DNA of 64,000 bases, taken from positions 5,531-69,530 of the IMG/VR virus record IMGVR_UViG_3300021185_001730; one strand, written 5' to 3'. The DNA comes from a virus. The position numbers and the translations under genes were made by a program. Numbering within the stretch: the first letter of the stretch is position 1; each line of letters starts with the position of its first letter. Under the pieces are notes generated by a model. The model was not told the origin of the DNA, searched no databases, and saw nothing but the letters and a program-made list of their open reading frames with translations. Below are positions 18,836 through 31,200 of this stretch, piece after piece.

Positions 18836-21811
18836 ATGGCTAGAGTAAAAATAAATAAGTTACCGGAAGGATTTAAATTAGTTGATGGCAAGGTTAAAAA
18901 GAAAGCCATTAAAAGAGATGGTGGTATGACCACTGGTGATCAAGCTGATTATGGTTTGGTTACAACTCCTCAAGAATTTTATGGAAGCACTAACTTTAAT
19001 AACACTGATGATCAATCTGTTAGATATAGTTTATCAAGTGTGCCTAGAGAAGATGCTAACTTAGAAGCAGAAGGTGGAGAAACTGTATTAACTGATTTAA
19101 ATGGAAATAATCAATTTGGATTATATGATATAAAAGGACCTAGACATTCTAGTGGTGGAGTGCCAATGTTTTTACCAGAACAATCTTTTGTTTTTTCTGA
19201 TACTAACTCAATGAAGTTTGACAAAAGTGAGATGGCAGAGTTTGGTATAGAAAGTAGAAAAAAAATGACACCTGCTAAAATATCTAAGAAGTATCCATTA
19301 AATCAATTTTATGGAGAAATTAATAGTCAATATGCGGATGATATATCTACTAAGAGTGCAGAGTTGATGTTAAGTAAGAATATGTATAATCTTTCTAAGT
19401 TGGCATTTGGTCAAGAATTAAAGAAAGATTTTGAAGAAGGTGTTCCTTTAGCATCATACCCATATTTACAAGAGCAAGGTATAGATCCAATAGAGTTTAC
19501 TGCAGAAGTAGAGAATCAAACTAAACAACAAGCAGAGTTAGAATATATAGCATCTTTACCTCCTGAGCAACAAGATCAGATATTAAGGTTGCAAGCAATG
19601 ATGGAGCAAATAGAAAATCCTAATGCAGGACAATCAAACCAACCTAATGGTCAGGTACAAGCTTCTCAAGATGCACAAGACATGTCTGCATTAGCTAGTC
19701 AAGAAAATTCATTAGAAGCTACCTTAGAAGATGGTGGTGAGCTATCAAAGTATCAAGAAGCAGGAGAGACTAAAACTACTTATGAAATAGGCAATCAAAT
19801 AGTAGATAGAGATACATATCTTGATTATATTATAAGAAGTGGTATGCATAGGGATATTAATGGTAAGTTGAGAGTAGATGAAAATGGTCTTACTTTTATG
19901 GAAAGTATGAAACTAACTCCTGAAGAAAATGATTATTATTTTAAAGCTATACAAGTAGAACCACAAGAAGGGTGGTCTCCAATGGACCCTATCTCAGACC
20001 AAAATGTAGATTTTTCACTGGACGAAAGTGAACAGACTGTTACTACTAATGATGATGTTAATGTTACTAATGAGATGGTTGAAAATGCAAGTGTTGATGG
20101 AACTGAGACTGTAGTAAATGATACTGTTGAATCTGAAACTAATAGATGTAAAAATTATCAATGTAATCCATTACCTGTTGGTCATCCTGAGAGAGATGCT
20201 TTTGAAAAAGCATTGAATAATGGTTGGCAATTAACTAAAGTATATGATCAAGGTTTAGGCAAAACAACATTTACTGTAACTAAACCATTGACTAAAAACA
20301 AGTTTGAGGACTTTGGAGATTTTGAATTTGAAAACATTGAGGTAACAGGTACTGGAGAAAAAAGAGATGTATATACTGATTTAGAAAAAGAATTACTTGG
20401 CGTATATCAAGATGGTGCATTTGGAGATAATGTTAGAGTAAGAGAAGGTATTTATTCTAGAAGTGGTACTGTTGGTACACAGTCAGGTTCAGCTGGTGCA
20501 AACTCTTATGGTGGAGATTTAACTAGTGACAAAGCAGAAAAAGATTTTACATTAAGATGGGGTGATGCAATTGATAAAGTTGTTTCATCTGGAATTGAGT
20601 TTGATTATGATATGCCTAAAGGTAGGTGGTCAGCAGATGCTACAACACCAGTAGATGCACAAGCTAAAGCTTATCAAAAACAATGGACTGCAGTGCAAAA
20701 TGCAATGCAAGAAGTAGAGAATGAATTTCATGCACAGAACTTTGGGGAGAACGGTCAACCTAGACAATTATTTCCAGGTGGTGATGCAGGTAAAGTAGAT
20801 GGTAAGTTTGGTATGTTAACTTTTAATAAAGCTAGAAGTTATATTAGAACTGAAGATCCTGAAAGTTTGATGGCTGAAATTGATGATACACCTCCAGAGA
20901 GAACTCCAACTGAAGATCCACAATTTTATGACAAGCCAGATTGGTGGTGGCAAGATGTTAATAATCTAGCAACTCAGAATTCATTAGAGAATCCTTTGTT
21001 TTTACCTAACGTGCCTAGACTACCAAATACAGAAATAGATTATGTATTAGATGATTGGACAGGTAGAGCTAATATGACTAATGCTGCTCTTAATACTATG
21101 GCTAAGAACTTAAGAGCTTTTGGTAAAGGTAAAGTAGCTGGTTCTAATTTATTTGGTAAAGCAGTTAATCAATTAGCTAAAGATGTTGGATCAGTTAATA
21201 CTAACAACATTAAAATTATGAATAGTGTTGCATTACCACAAGCACAATTAAATCTAAGAACTGGTATAGAAAATGCAAAAGCATATAAAGATGAGTATGA
21301 TGGTACTGTTACTGCATTAGGTAGATACACTGATTTTGAGAATTGGAATAAGCAAAAAACAAATGAGTTATATAATCAAGCAATAACTAATAGAGCTAAC
21401 ACATTCAACCTGAACCAATTAAAAGATGTTATGAAGATAGATCCTAACACAGGTGGTATTATTAATATGAAGGACAACAAAGATCTTGAGGTTGATCCTA
21501 ATGTAGATGTTAGTGAACAGGAAAAAAGAAGGAATGAGTATATCAAAGAAAGAAATTTACTGAAGGAACAGTTTCCAGATATGGGAGATGATAGTTTAGA
21601 TAACAGCTTGAAATACATTCTTCCTGCATATGCTGATAACAAAAAAACTAAAAAGGGAGCAGCAGATGATTATAATGATAGAGCTCAAGATAATGGTATA
21701 ACAAATCCACAAGATTTGGGGTATGCTCCTTCTGTTAGATACAATGCTAAAAGAGGTAATGAAATTAAAAAATATGCTTATCCATTCTATACAGGAAAGA
21801 TGGGCGTATAA
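18836..21811 (+). CDS. Putative virion cargo/ejection protein
   Basis: 'ANLEAEGGETVL...GPRHSSGGVP...FVFSD' module recognisable from crAss-like cargo proteins; Q/N-rich helical C-terminus. Confidence 0.55.
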   Translation: MARVKINKLPEGFKLVDGKVKKKAIKRDGGMTTGDQADYGLVTTPQEFYGSTNFNNTDDQSVRYSLSSVPREDANLEAEGGETVLTDLNGNNQFGLYDIKGPRHSSGGVPMFLPEQSFVFSDTNSMKFDKSEMAEFGIESRKKMTPAKISKKYPLNQFYGEINSQYADDISTKSAELMLSKNMYNLSKLAFGQELKKDFEEGVPLASYPYLQEQGIDPIEFTAEVENQTKQQAELEYIASLPPEQQDQILRLQAMMEQIENPNAGQSNQPNGQVQASQDAQDMSALASQENSLEATLEDGGELSKYQEAGETKTTYEIGNQIVDRDTYLDYIIRSGMHRDINGKLRVDENGLTFMESMKLTPEENDYYFKAIQVEPQEGWSPMDPISDQNVDFSLDESEQTVTTNDDVNVTNEMVENASVDGTETVVNDTVESETNRCKNYQCNPLPVGHPERDAFEKALNNGWQLTKVYDQGLGKTTFTVTKPLTKNKFEDFGDFEFENIEVTGTGEKRDVYTDLEKELLGVYQDGAFGDNVRVREGIYSRSGTVGTQSGSAGANSYGGDLTSDKAEKDFTLRWGDAIDKVVSSGIEFDYDMPKGRWSADATTPVDAQAKAYQKQWTAVQNAMQEVENEFHAQNFGENGQPRQLFPGGDAGKVDGKFGMLTFNKARSYIRTEDPESLMAEIDDTPPERTPTEDPQFYDKPDWWWQDVNNLATQNSLENPLFLPNVPRLPNTEIDYVLDDWTGRANMTNAALNTMAKNLRAFGKGKVAGSNLFGKAVNQLAKDVGSVNTNNIKIMNSVALPQAQLNLRTGIENAKAYKDEYDGTVTALGRYTDFENWNKQKTNELYNQAITNRANTFNLNQLKDVMKIDPNTGGIINMKDNKDLEVDPNVDVSEQEKRRNEYIKERNLLKEQFPDMGDDSLDNSLKYILPAYADNKKTKKGAADDYNDRAQDNGITNPQDLGYAPSVRYNAKRGNEIKKYAYPFYTGKMGV

Positions 21812-21835
21812 ACATTAAAGGTTTATTTATATCTG

Positions 21836-21866
21836 TTTGTAAACTTTATAAATAATAGTAAATTTG
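21836..21866 (+). promoter_or_regulatory. Bacteroidetes primary-sigma-type promoter (-33 TTTG, 19-nt spacer, -7 TAAATTTG)
   Basis: TTTG at 21836-21839 and TAAATTTG at 21859-21866; ATG at 21871. Confidence 0.65.
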
Positions 21867-21870
21867 AACT

Positions 21871-24800
21871 ATGGCAAATTATATAAAAGGAGAAAAAAAT
21901 TACTACCCGGACATTAAGCCGTTTACACCGGATTATAAGTTTCTTAGTGCAGCATTAGACGCAAGAGAAAATAAATATAATGCAGGGTGGCAAGCTACCA
22001 ATGACCTATATAGTAGAGTTTATTCTGATTTGTCTCACTCAGACAATAAAGAATTTCAACAACAATTTATAGAAAATTTAGCTCCTGAACTATCTAGAAT
22101 TTCTGGGTTAGATCTATCATTACAAACAAATGTTGATGCTGCAAAGTCTGTGTTTGCACCATTTTTTGAAGATGAAGCTGTAGTAAAAGATATTGTATAT
22201 ACTTCAACGTATAAAAAAGAATTGCAAAGAGCTAATCAATTTGCAGATTCTCCTGACCCAAGGGTAAGGGAACTTTATAATCCAGTTGGAATAAAGAACA
22301 TGCAATATAGAATGCAAGAGTTTCAAGAGGCTGATAGAAATCAACTAATAAATATGCCTTTACCTAAGTATGTAGAAGATGCAGATCTGACACAATATGC
22401 TCAAGAATATCTAAGAGGATTAGGTTTAGAAGGAAAAGGATTTACACAAAAGAAAGATCATTTTACAATGGATGCTGGTAAAGATGGCGTAATGGGTACA
22501 CCAGATGATAGAGTTGTAAATAGATGGATTATTACAGACACTAACGGTAAGCTTATTGAAGGTGATGCATATAGAAGAGTAATGACTGATTTAACTGATG
22601 ATCCTAGAGTACAAGAGTTTTATAAAGCAAAAGCTTATGTAGCATCAATGGATTTTGCTACACAAGGTGTTCAGGATGGATCAATAAAAACAATATCAGA
22701 AGGTTTATCAATGTGGTCTGATGCAGAAGTAAAAAGGGTTGCATTAGCAAACAGTGAAAGATATAATAGTCTAGATAATGAGATTAAAAGAATAGTACAA
22801 CAAACAACTAGCTGGGGTAATTTTGGAAAATTAAATGGTTTAACACCAGCAGAACAAAATTTAGTTGGGCAGTCATTATCAGAAGCAGAGCAGTTAAGAG
22901 TTAACCTAAGCAATCTTTTAAAGGTAAATGAATTTGCAAACACACCTGATAAAGATGATCAAGCATTAATAAACAAAGCATATAGTTTAAATAGTAATTA
23001 TAATATAAGTCAAGATTTACAGAGTGCTGCATATAACTATAGTAGAGAAAATGCAGAGACTGTAGTTAGAGAAAATGACTATGTTTTAAATGAAGATAAA
23101 CATAAATTTGCTTTGCAAGAAATAGCTGCTAAGTATAATGCTGATAGTGCACTGAAAGATCAACAAGCTGCTATAGATGCAAATATGGAAATCTTAAAAA
23201 GTCAATTAAAGGCTTCAGAAGCATCAAATCTAAGAAGCTTAACAGAACAAGCTCAGGAAGGTGGAGTAATTGATTATTCAGATCCTAGAGCAAATTTAAA
23301 TGTAATTGTAGATAATGAGGTAGCTAATAATGCTGACCCTTATGATACTAATTCTGAGTTGATTGCTAAGGATGGACAAAATATTTTATTAGAAAAAGCA
23401 AGACTGCTTGGTCAAATGTTTAAAGCAAGATATCCTGACCAACAAACATTTACTGTAACCTTAGATGGTGAAATGCTTAACTTATCACCTTCAGACATAA
23501 CTAACCGTTTGCTTAAGCCAAAACCAATTATTGATGGTACAAGTGTAACTGATGACCCAAATAAATTAATGTATGAGACAGATATACTAAGGATGTATGA
23601 GGAACAGTCAAAATGGTTTAAAAATAAGGATGCTGTAATTGCTCAACATACTCCAACTTTTGTAAAGCCTGGTAGTCAATATGATACCATGTATAAATTA
23701 TTATTTGGTAATGATCCAAATAATCCAGAGTCATTAGGTTTAGATCTAAGAGAGAATTTATATCTCCAAAGGATAGAAAAGTATGACAATGAATTATATA
23801 ATAAAGCATTAAGTGCTGAAGAAGCCATGTTAAATGGTAATGATGAGTGGAAGATAGAGATGATAAAAGCTAATTATCCAAAACCTTATGTAGAAGAAAA
23901 TGGTATTAAGCGTTTTATGACTTTTTCTGAATACCAAAAGGTTTTTAAAGATCAAGCATTATCTGGAAAAATAAAGAACTTTGATGTTACAGGTTTATTT
24001 GGAAATGAAAATGCTGGTAGTGATAGAGAAGATTGGACAAGAATATCAACTACTGGTAGTAGAAAAGATGGTACATATTATCAAAATGTTGTTGTAGATG
24101 AGGCTGCAATAAACGGTAAGTCTAAAGCTTTATGGCAAGCTTATGCAGATCAAATAAATAATAGTTATGAAACTATAGGTGGTAATTCTTATCTTAGTTT
24201 AACAGCTGGCTATAGTCCTAATGCACCATGGGGTAACATTGGTTTTGTACCAACAATGAGTGCTACAGGTTCTGTAAAACCAGAAGCAGGATCTGCTATG
24301 GATAAGGTTTTAGGTACTGCATTAAATCAATTAGCTAGTTCAACCGCTGATCCAGAAACAAGAGTTAGTTTTTTACCTGCTCCAACTGATATAAAAGATT
24401 TTAATAATTTTAATATTGAAGCTGGGGTAGATTTGTCTGAAGAAGACAATGTTATTGCTAAAAAAATATTTTCAAGCTTACAAAATAGAGCAACTAAAGG
24501 AGAATTTACAATGACCTACTATCCAAACTTAGGAGCTACTAAGGTTGATGATGAAGATAGAAATCCTATGGGTGGTTATAAGATTGATAACTTTAGTACT
24601 ACATTTAAAAATGAGATAAAAAAGATTTATAAAGATGATGAATCTTTTGCAGCATGGACTAGAGTAATGAATCAGGGTGTTTTAATGGTTTTTGATAGAA
24701 GTGGTAATAAAGATATAAACCCTAATAACTTAAACATTATACAAGGTTCATCTTATATTGAACAAATGATGAACTTAAGTAATACTCAATCTTTTAGTTA

Positions 24801-25197
24801 TAAAGATGAAACAAATTTAACAGCAGGTTTTTCTCCAGGTGAAATAGTTTTTCAAGATTTGGGAGATGGAACAATAAGTATTAGTGGATATACTAATGTA
24901 TATAATCCTAATTCTACTGACATAAGTAGGCAATATACAAGACAACCTATGAATGCTGCTATAATAAAAAAAGGTAACATAAATTATGCAGCTGATTTAA
25001 ATAGTAGATTTGTAAAGTTACAGCAAAACTTTAAAGAACTAGATAGATTAAATAATTTAGCCATTTATCAGGTAAGAGCAAAACAATTATCTGAAACAAA
25101 GTTTATTGAAAATTATATATCAAATAACCCTGGTTCTACTATAGAACAAGCAAAGGATATGTATAAGCAAGCTAAGAATTATAAACCACAACAATAA
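21871..25197 (+). CDS. Putative ejected virion protein, first of the three-gene block containing the RNAP
   Basis: 1108 aa, helical; directly upstream of the virion RNAP gene as in crAss-like genomes. Confidence 0.5.
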   Translation: MANYIKGEKNYYPDIKPFTPDYKFLSAALDARENKYNAGWQATNDLYSRVYSDLSHSDNKEFQQQFIENLAPELSRISGLDLSLQTNVDAAKSVFAPFFEDEAVVKDIVYTSTYKKELQRANQFADSPDPRVRELYNPVGIKNMQYRMQEFQEADRNQLINMPLPKYVEDADLTQYAQEYLRGLGLEGKGFTQKKDHFTMDAGKDGVMGTPDDRVVNRWIITDTNGKLIEGDAYRRVMTDLTDDPRVQEFYKAKAYVASMDFATQGVQDGSIKTISEGLSMWSDAEVKRVALANSERYNSLDNEIKRIVQQTTSWGNFGKLNGLTPAEQNLVGQSLSEAEQLRVNLSNLLKVNEFANTPDKDDQALINKAYSLNSNYNISQDLQSAAYNYSRENAETVVRENDYVLNEDKHKFALQEIAAKYNADSALKDQQAAIDANMEILKSQLKASEASNLRSLTEQAQEGGVIDYSDPRANLNVIVDNEVANNADPYDTNSELIAKDGQNILLEKARLLGQMFKARYPDQQTFTVTLDGEMLNLSPSDITNRLLKPKPIIDGTSVTDDPNKLMYETDILRMYEEQSKWFKNKDAVIAQHTPTFVKPGSQYDTMYKLLFGNDPNNPESLGLDLRENLYLQRIEKYDNELYNKALSAEEAMLNGNDEWKIEMIKANYPKPYVEENGIKRFMTFSEYQKVFKDQALSGKIKNFDVTGLFGNENAGSDREDWTRISTTGSRKDGTYYQNVVVDEAAINGKSKALWQAYADQINNSYETIGGNSYLSLTAGYSPNAPWGNIGFVPTMSATGSVKPEAGSAMDKVLGTALNQLASSTADPETRVSFLPAPTDIKDFNNFNIEAGVDLSEEDNVIAKKIFSSLQNRATKGEFTMTYYPNLGATKVDDEDRNPMGGYKIDNFSTTFKNEIKKIYKDDESFAAWTRVMNQGVLMVFDRSGNKDINPNNLNIIQGSSYIEQMMNLSNTQSFSYKDETNLTAGFSPGEIVFQDLGDGTISISGYTNVYNPNSTDISRQYTRQPMNAAIIKKGNINYAADLNSRFVKLQQNFKELDRLNNLAIYQVRAKQLSETKFIENYISNNPGSTIEQAKDMYKQAKNYKPQQ

Positions 25198-25206
25198 CTA
25201 AAGTTT

Positions 25207-28200
25207 ATGGCAGACGAGAATATAAAAATGCCTCAGCCTGATTATGATCTTAAACAGAGAATAGCACAGGACGCAGTAGATGTAAATCCAATAGATACAT
25301 CATTACCTTATCAGAGCATAGAAGATTTAATTCCTGACATGCGTAATGAAGTAAGTGATGAGTATGATAGAAGTATATCCATGTATAAAGGTCTTATGGA
25401 TAATATATCACCATCTACATTAGCTAATATATCAGCTGGTGCTAATTCTTCTGTTGTAAATGCTGCTCCTCCTATTCCTACAGAATTAGGTTCTGCATCT
25501 GCCTTTGATGAAATTTGGCAAACACCTTTAGAAACAAGTGTTGAGCTTCCCAATCCTATTTGGGCAAATGCTAAGACAATTAATTTTGACAAGATATATC
25601 CTACAGATGTATTTAGTGATATAGGATTTACTCCATATGCAGATATGGATCAAATCTTTAATAAAAATGAGACATCCGCTGATTACTTAACTAGATTTAC
25701 ACCTGCTTTTAAGAGTTTATTTAGAAGTGGTAGATTTGCTAATTACAGATCAATAGCTGATGCATTTAGTGGTGATTATACAAGTGCTCCAGATCTTGAG
25801 GGTGCAACTACTATGGAAGATGCAATGAGATTAGGTGGTAGTAGTACAGGTAGTTTAGGTGGTTTTATAGGAAACACTGCATTGAACTGGGCTTATTCTG
25901 CAGGTATAGTTTATCAGATTGCATTAGAAGAAGTAGCTGCTGCAGGTATTGCAGCTGCAAGTTCTTTACCATCAGGTGGTAGTTCATTGGCAGCATTTGG
26001 TGCTTTAACTTTAAAGAACTTAGCCACCCTTACAAGAATACCTAAGACAATAGCAAATGGTTTTAAAGCTTCTTATAACCTAGTAAAAAACTTTGATAAT
26101 ATAGCTTATGCTAAAAAGTTTTATGAATTTGCTAGAAGTGGTCAAACTTTAAGAAATATAGGCCGTGGAGGACTACAGCTTATATCTCCTGAGATGGCTC
26201 ATACAATAAAAAATTGGAAGACTACAGGTAATACTTTTCAGAATGCTTATAATATAGGAAAGAATACGCAAGTATTTGGTGCATTTTATAGAGACATGAG
26301 AATGTATAATGCGGCATTAGCTGAATCTAAAATGGAAGCAGGACTAGTTTATAATACTGTTTTAGAAAATGGTATGAGATATGCTAACTTTAGATCTGAT
26401 GGTAATGGTGTGTCACCAGGAGAGATGAAAAAAATTCAATTAGCTGCATCTGAAGCATCTTGGAAAACGCTAGCACCTAACTTTGCAATAATATCAGCAT
26501 CCAACAGGATTGTATTTAAGAATGTATTTGGGAGTTGGGCAAGAAAATTAAATCAAGGGGCAACTACTCAGTTAAGTAGAATGTTAAGGGTTGGACCTGG
26601 TAAATATGCAAAGAAAAGCAAGTATATGCTTAAGTCTATTCCACAAGAAATTAAAGCGGGATTTAAATTAGGTGCTTGGAAAGGAGTTGCAAAAACTTCA
26701 GGTGGTTTGATGTTAAGGTATGGTGCTAGTGGTCTTGTTGAGGGTACACAAGAAGTATCTCAAGAAGCAATATCAGCTGCAGTAGGAGGATACTATAGTG
26801 CAGCATTAAGAGAACCTACACAAGGTGGTGCTCTTGCTATGTCTGGATTCTATGGTGCTGCTGGTAAAGAAATATTTACTAAGCAAGGATTAGAAACATT
26901 TGCATCTGGATTTTTAATTGGTGGTATGATGGGACCATATCAACAAGTCTTATTTGAAGGGGTACCTGCTATTTTTAGTACTGCACGTGCTAAAGTTGCT
27001 AATAGCAAATACTTTGATCCAAGCGGAGATAAACAAGTTGTTGATTATGTTAAACAACAAAGACAACAGCAAGAAGCTGTAATTGATGATGTAATAGCCC
27101 AAGCTAATAAGATGGGTACGCAGTTAGAGCAACTTGATTTACTATTAGATCCTGCTAAAATGAGTGCTGCATTGCAGGACCAAGAAGCAGGTATGGCAAA
27201 CTTATCTATTGCTTTAAATAATAAGTATGATTATCTCAACGGTAGAAACTTTACACGCTTTGAAAATTTATATAGTAAGTATAAAAATGGTACCATGGGT
27301 CTATATAGAGATATGGTTACTGATTTTTCTAAAATGTCTGATACCGAACTAGCTGAAGCATTTGATAAAAAAGATTTTGGTAGAAGTCCAGAAAAGTTAA
27401 GAAAACAATTTATAGATGAGTTAAATAGAATAAATGAATTTGGTGAAAGAGTAGCATCAAAGTCAATGGATGAAATGTTTGAATCAAAGAAATTTGATCT
27501 ATCTGAGTATGATCAGTCAAGTAAAGGGTATAGAGATGCCGTGTTTCATAACAGAGCTGTTGATCAAGCAAAGATGTTGTATATATTTTCTAAAGAATCA
27601 TTTATAGATGCAATAAAAAGACAAGCTGATATAGAACAGTCTTTTGAAAATGAGCCTATTTTTACAAAGCAAAAGTATGGAGACGTAAGAGTTCTTGTTA
27701 ATGCAGAAAGCATTGATACAGAAATAAAAATGCTTACTAAAGAAATCAAAGCTAAAGAAGAAGCTGGTGTGCCAGCCTCTGAACTTAAGAAAGATAAAAG
27801 AAAGTTAAAAGATTTAAAAGGATATTATGCTATTTTAACTGACCCTAAAAATCTAACTAAGAAAGGTTTCTTTAATAGATCAAAGACAAAAGCAATTAAG
27901 GGTGCATTACAAACTTATTTAAATGGTATTGCAGGTGATAAGTCTGATTATGTTAATCCAGAAGTAGTTGAGACTTTATTAGAAAAATTAATTGATCATC
28001 AGGCACTACAAGAAGATGCCTTTGCATTTTCTCAAACAGTTAACATTATGGCAAACCCAGAAGTTACTGCTGAGATTGTTCAAAGGAATGTAGAGTATTT
28101 TGAATATTTATTTAAAAATAGAAAAGAAATATATAGACATCAAACAGAACAATACTTAGAATCAGATAAAAAAAATAAATTAATAAATGCTATAGCTTCA

Positions 28201-31200
28201 TATGATGTTTACATGAAGCCTGAACTAATCAGAGATTTTTTATCTGGTGAAATAGGAGTTGAGGGTTTATATGAGGGTTTAAATAAAGGTGACTTTAGCA
28301 TTGATGGTAGAGCTCTTGGTGGTGCCATACAGTTAAATGAAGACCAAGATCTACAGCAAAAGATAATTGGTGAAATATTAACTTATAAACTTTTAATAGA
28401 AAAAGAAAAAGATGTTAGAGATATTGAATCTAATAAAAGCACAGAGCAACAGATAGATGTTGAAGAAACTTTACAGGATGCAGGTGTAGATGATATACAA
28501 ATAGGAGATACAACTAGATCACCTATGTTAAAGAGTATACTTGAAACAGAGTACCGTAAATATAAAGAATCTGCATTTACTAAAGATGCAAAAGAATTTG
28601 CAGATTGGAGAGTTTCAGATGATGGTACAAGAATTAAAACTGCATATGATGCACTAAAAAGAGTATGGGGTAAAGGATATGATATTTTTGTAACAGAAAA
28701 TGGTCAACAAGTATCACGTAGAAGAGTACCATCCCAGAAAGATTTAAATACAGAAAAAGGATTTCAAGATTATTTAAATAGTAAAGTAGCATTAGAAGAT
28801 CCAACAGTTGTGGATATACTTAATGCATTAGATCTAACAATGGATATATTTACTACTGCAAATAGTCAAACTGTATCTAGATCAAAACCTCCTGTAGCAG
28901 AAGGTGTAATGTTTGACATTACAGAAGTAGTAACTGATGGTGGATCATTTTATAAGATTACAGATAAACAAGGAGGTAGCTTATCACAAGCCCAGTTAGA
29001 TATTATATCAACAGATATAAGAGAGACAGGTACTTTTACAGATTTATCTAAGGCTAAAAGATTATTGGATATACTTGATAGAGAAATATCTGATGGTTCT
29101 ACATTTATGTTTGATGGACAAGCCGTGTCAAAAGGTATGTCTGTATATGATAAAAACACAGGTGAAGAATTTAGAATAAATAGTACAGCCAATAAGGGAG
29201 GTATGATTAGTATTGTTCCTTCTGAGTTTTACACTGATGACTATAAGACAAGATACAACAATAGTAAACCTGTAAGTGAATTAGATTTCTTTGTTAATTA
29301 TGAATTAGAAAAATTATCTTTTGATACGTTACCAACTAATACGTACAAGTTATACTCTGATAGAGTAGCCAAAGCATACACGCCTTTATCACCAGAAGCT
29401 TATAAGTTTATTCTTAATTTATTGACACCTGTTGATTTCCAAAATTTAATTGTGGACATCCAAGAGAATGAAATGATAAATGAGCCTATTAAGGATGATA
29501 GGTTTTATGGTAATGATCAAAGTAAAGCTAATCCATATATTAAAAAACAAAGAGAGAGATATACTATTGCTCTTAAGTTAAGCAAAGATCAGACTGTAGA
29601 TTTTAATAAACTACTAACAGACAACAAGCTACCTATAATAGAAGGTAAATTTGTAAATGAAAGAGGTGAAGGTACTATTGCTTTCTTGCCTAATGATTCT
29701 TTATACTTTGTTGATGCTAGAGGTAAAGTTGTTGTTCCATCAGCTATGACAACTGATTATGCTAAAAATATAATTATACCTTCAAGCAATGATCTAGGTA
29801 TGCAAGCTGCATTAGATCAATTCAGTAATGATTATGATACACAGGCAGTTCTTGTTTCATTTGCTAATGATATGATATCTAAGGATCAGACTGTAGGTAC
29901 TTTAGCAGAAGGATTAAAGATTACAAGAAGTGATGGTATTCCTGCTTATAAAAAAGGAACCAACCCAGAAATTTCATTAAGTCAATTATCTCAAAGCACC
30001 ACTACAGATGGGGCTATAATTATCTATGATATAAAAAGAGATTCTGCTGGTAATATGATAGGTGATGAACCTACAATTATATCTAATTTAAAATCTGATG
30101 CTAAAATTGAATTAGCAAATAGAATAGAAAATAATCTTAAGCAGGCAGGTCTTTGGAATAAAATGATAAGCGGTGATAAGACTGGTCCAAATGGAGGTTA
30201 TACTGATAGATACATAATGCCTATTGAACAGCCTAATGGGTTAATGACATTAGCAACTGCAAAAGCAATTAGAGTAGAAGAGAATACTGTAATTAAAATG
30301 TTTAATGATTTATTACAGCAAGGAAGTGTGGCTGCTAAAGATAACATGACTACTAAGAATGGTAGGAAAGTTATTAATGACAAAGGTTTTAATGATGAGT
30401 TCAAAGTAAAGTTTATTGAAGATTATGGTGAATTTTTTATTAGTGGGGCAAAAGGAGTAAATGTAACTATAGATGTTGCACCCGATGGAGCATTGAGAGC
30501 AGATCTATTTAATAAATATACAGGTAAAAAAGGTAAAGTTTATTATAATGCAGCTGATCAACAAAAGGCAGGAACTACAATACAGCATTTAGAAAGGTTT
30601 ACTGAAAAGATTATTAAAGATCCAAAAGGAATAGAGGTTGGTGTAGAGACTTTAGGTATAAATAACTTTAGAAAGTCAATACCATTAGATGCTTCTGTAG
30701 ATATGTTAATGGAAGATTTAGTCACTAAGCTAGGTCCAGAAATTAGAACAGGTCAGTATATTAATGTTGAGGCAAGTGCTGGTGCTATACAAGCTACAAA
30801 AGATAAGGGTATATTCTTAGCTAGACCTAGAACAGAACTTGAGCCAGATAAATTAAAAAGAGTAGAAGATACTGAAGAAAGAAGGGAAGATCCTGCTAGA
30901 GAAAGAGCCAGAGCAATTACTAATCTTGGTGATAAGATAAGTCAAGAAAATGTTGAGAAAGCATTTCAAAAGTCTGAAGATGATACCATATCTAGTGAAG
31001 CATTCTTAGAATTTACTAATAATGGTGTAGTAGAAACTAAAGTAATACAATCTATTGCTGATAAAATTAAAACTGGCCAACAACTTTCACAAAGAGAGAA
31101 AGCAATACGTCAAGCTAAGAGTCAAGAGATTGAAGATCTATTAAAAGCTACAGTTACTAAAGATCAAAAAAATGATATTGACCTTACTTTAATTGCACAA

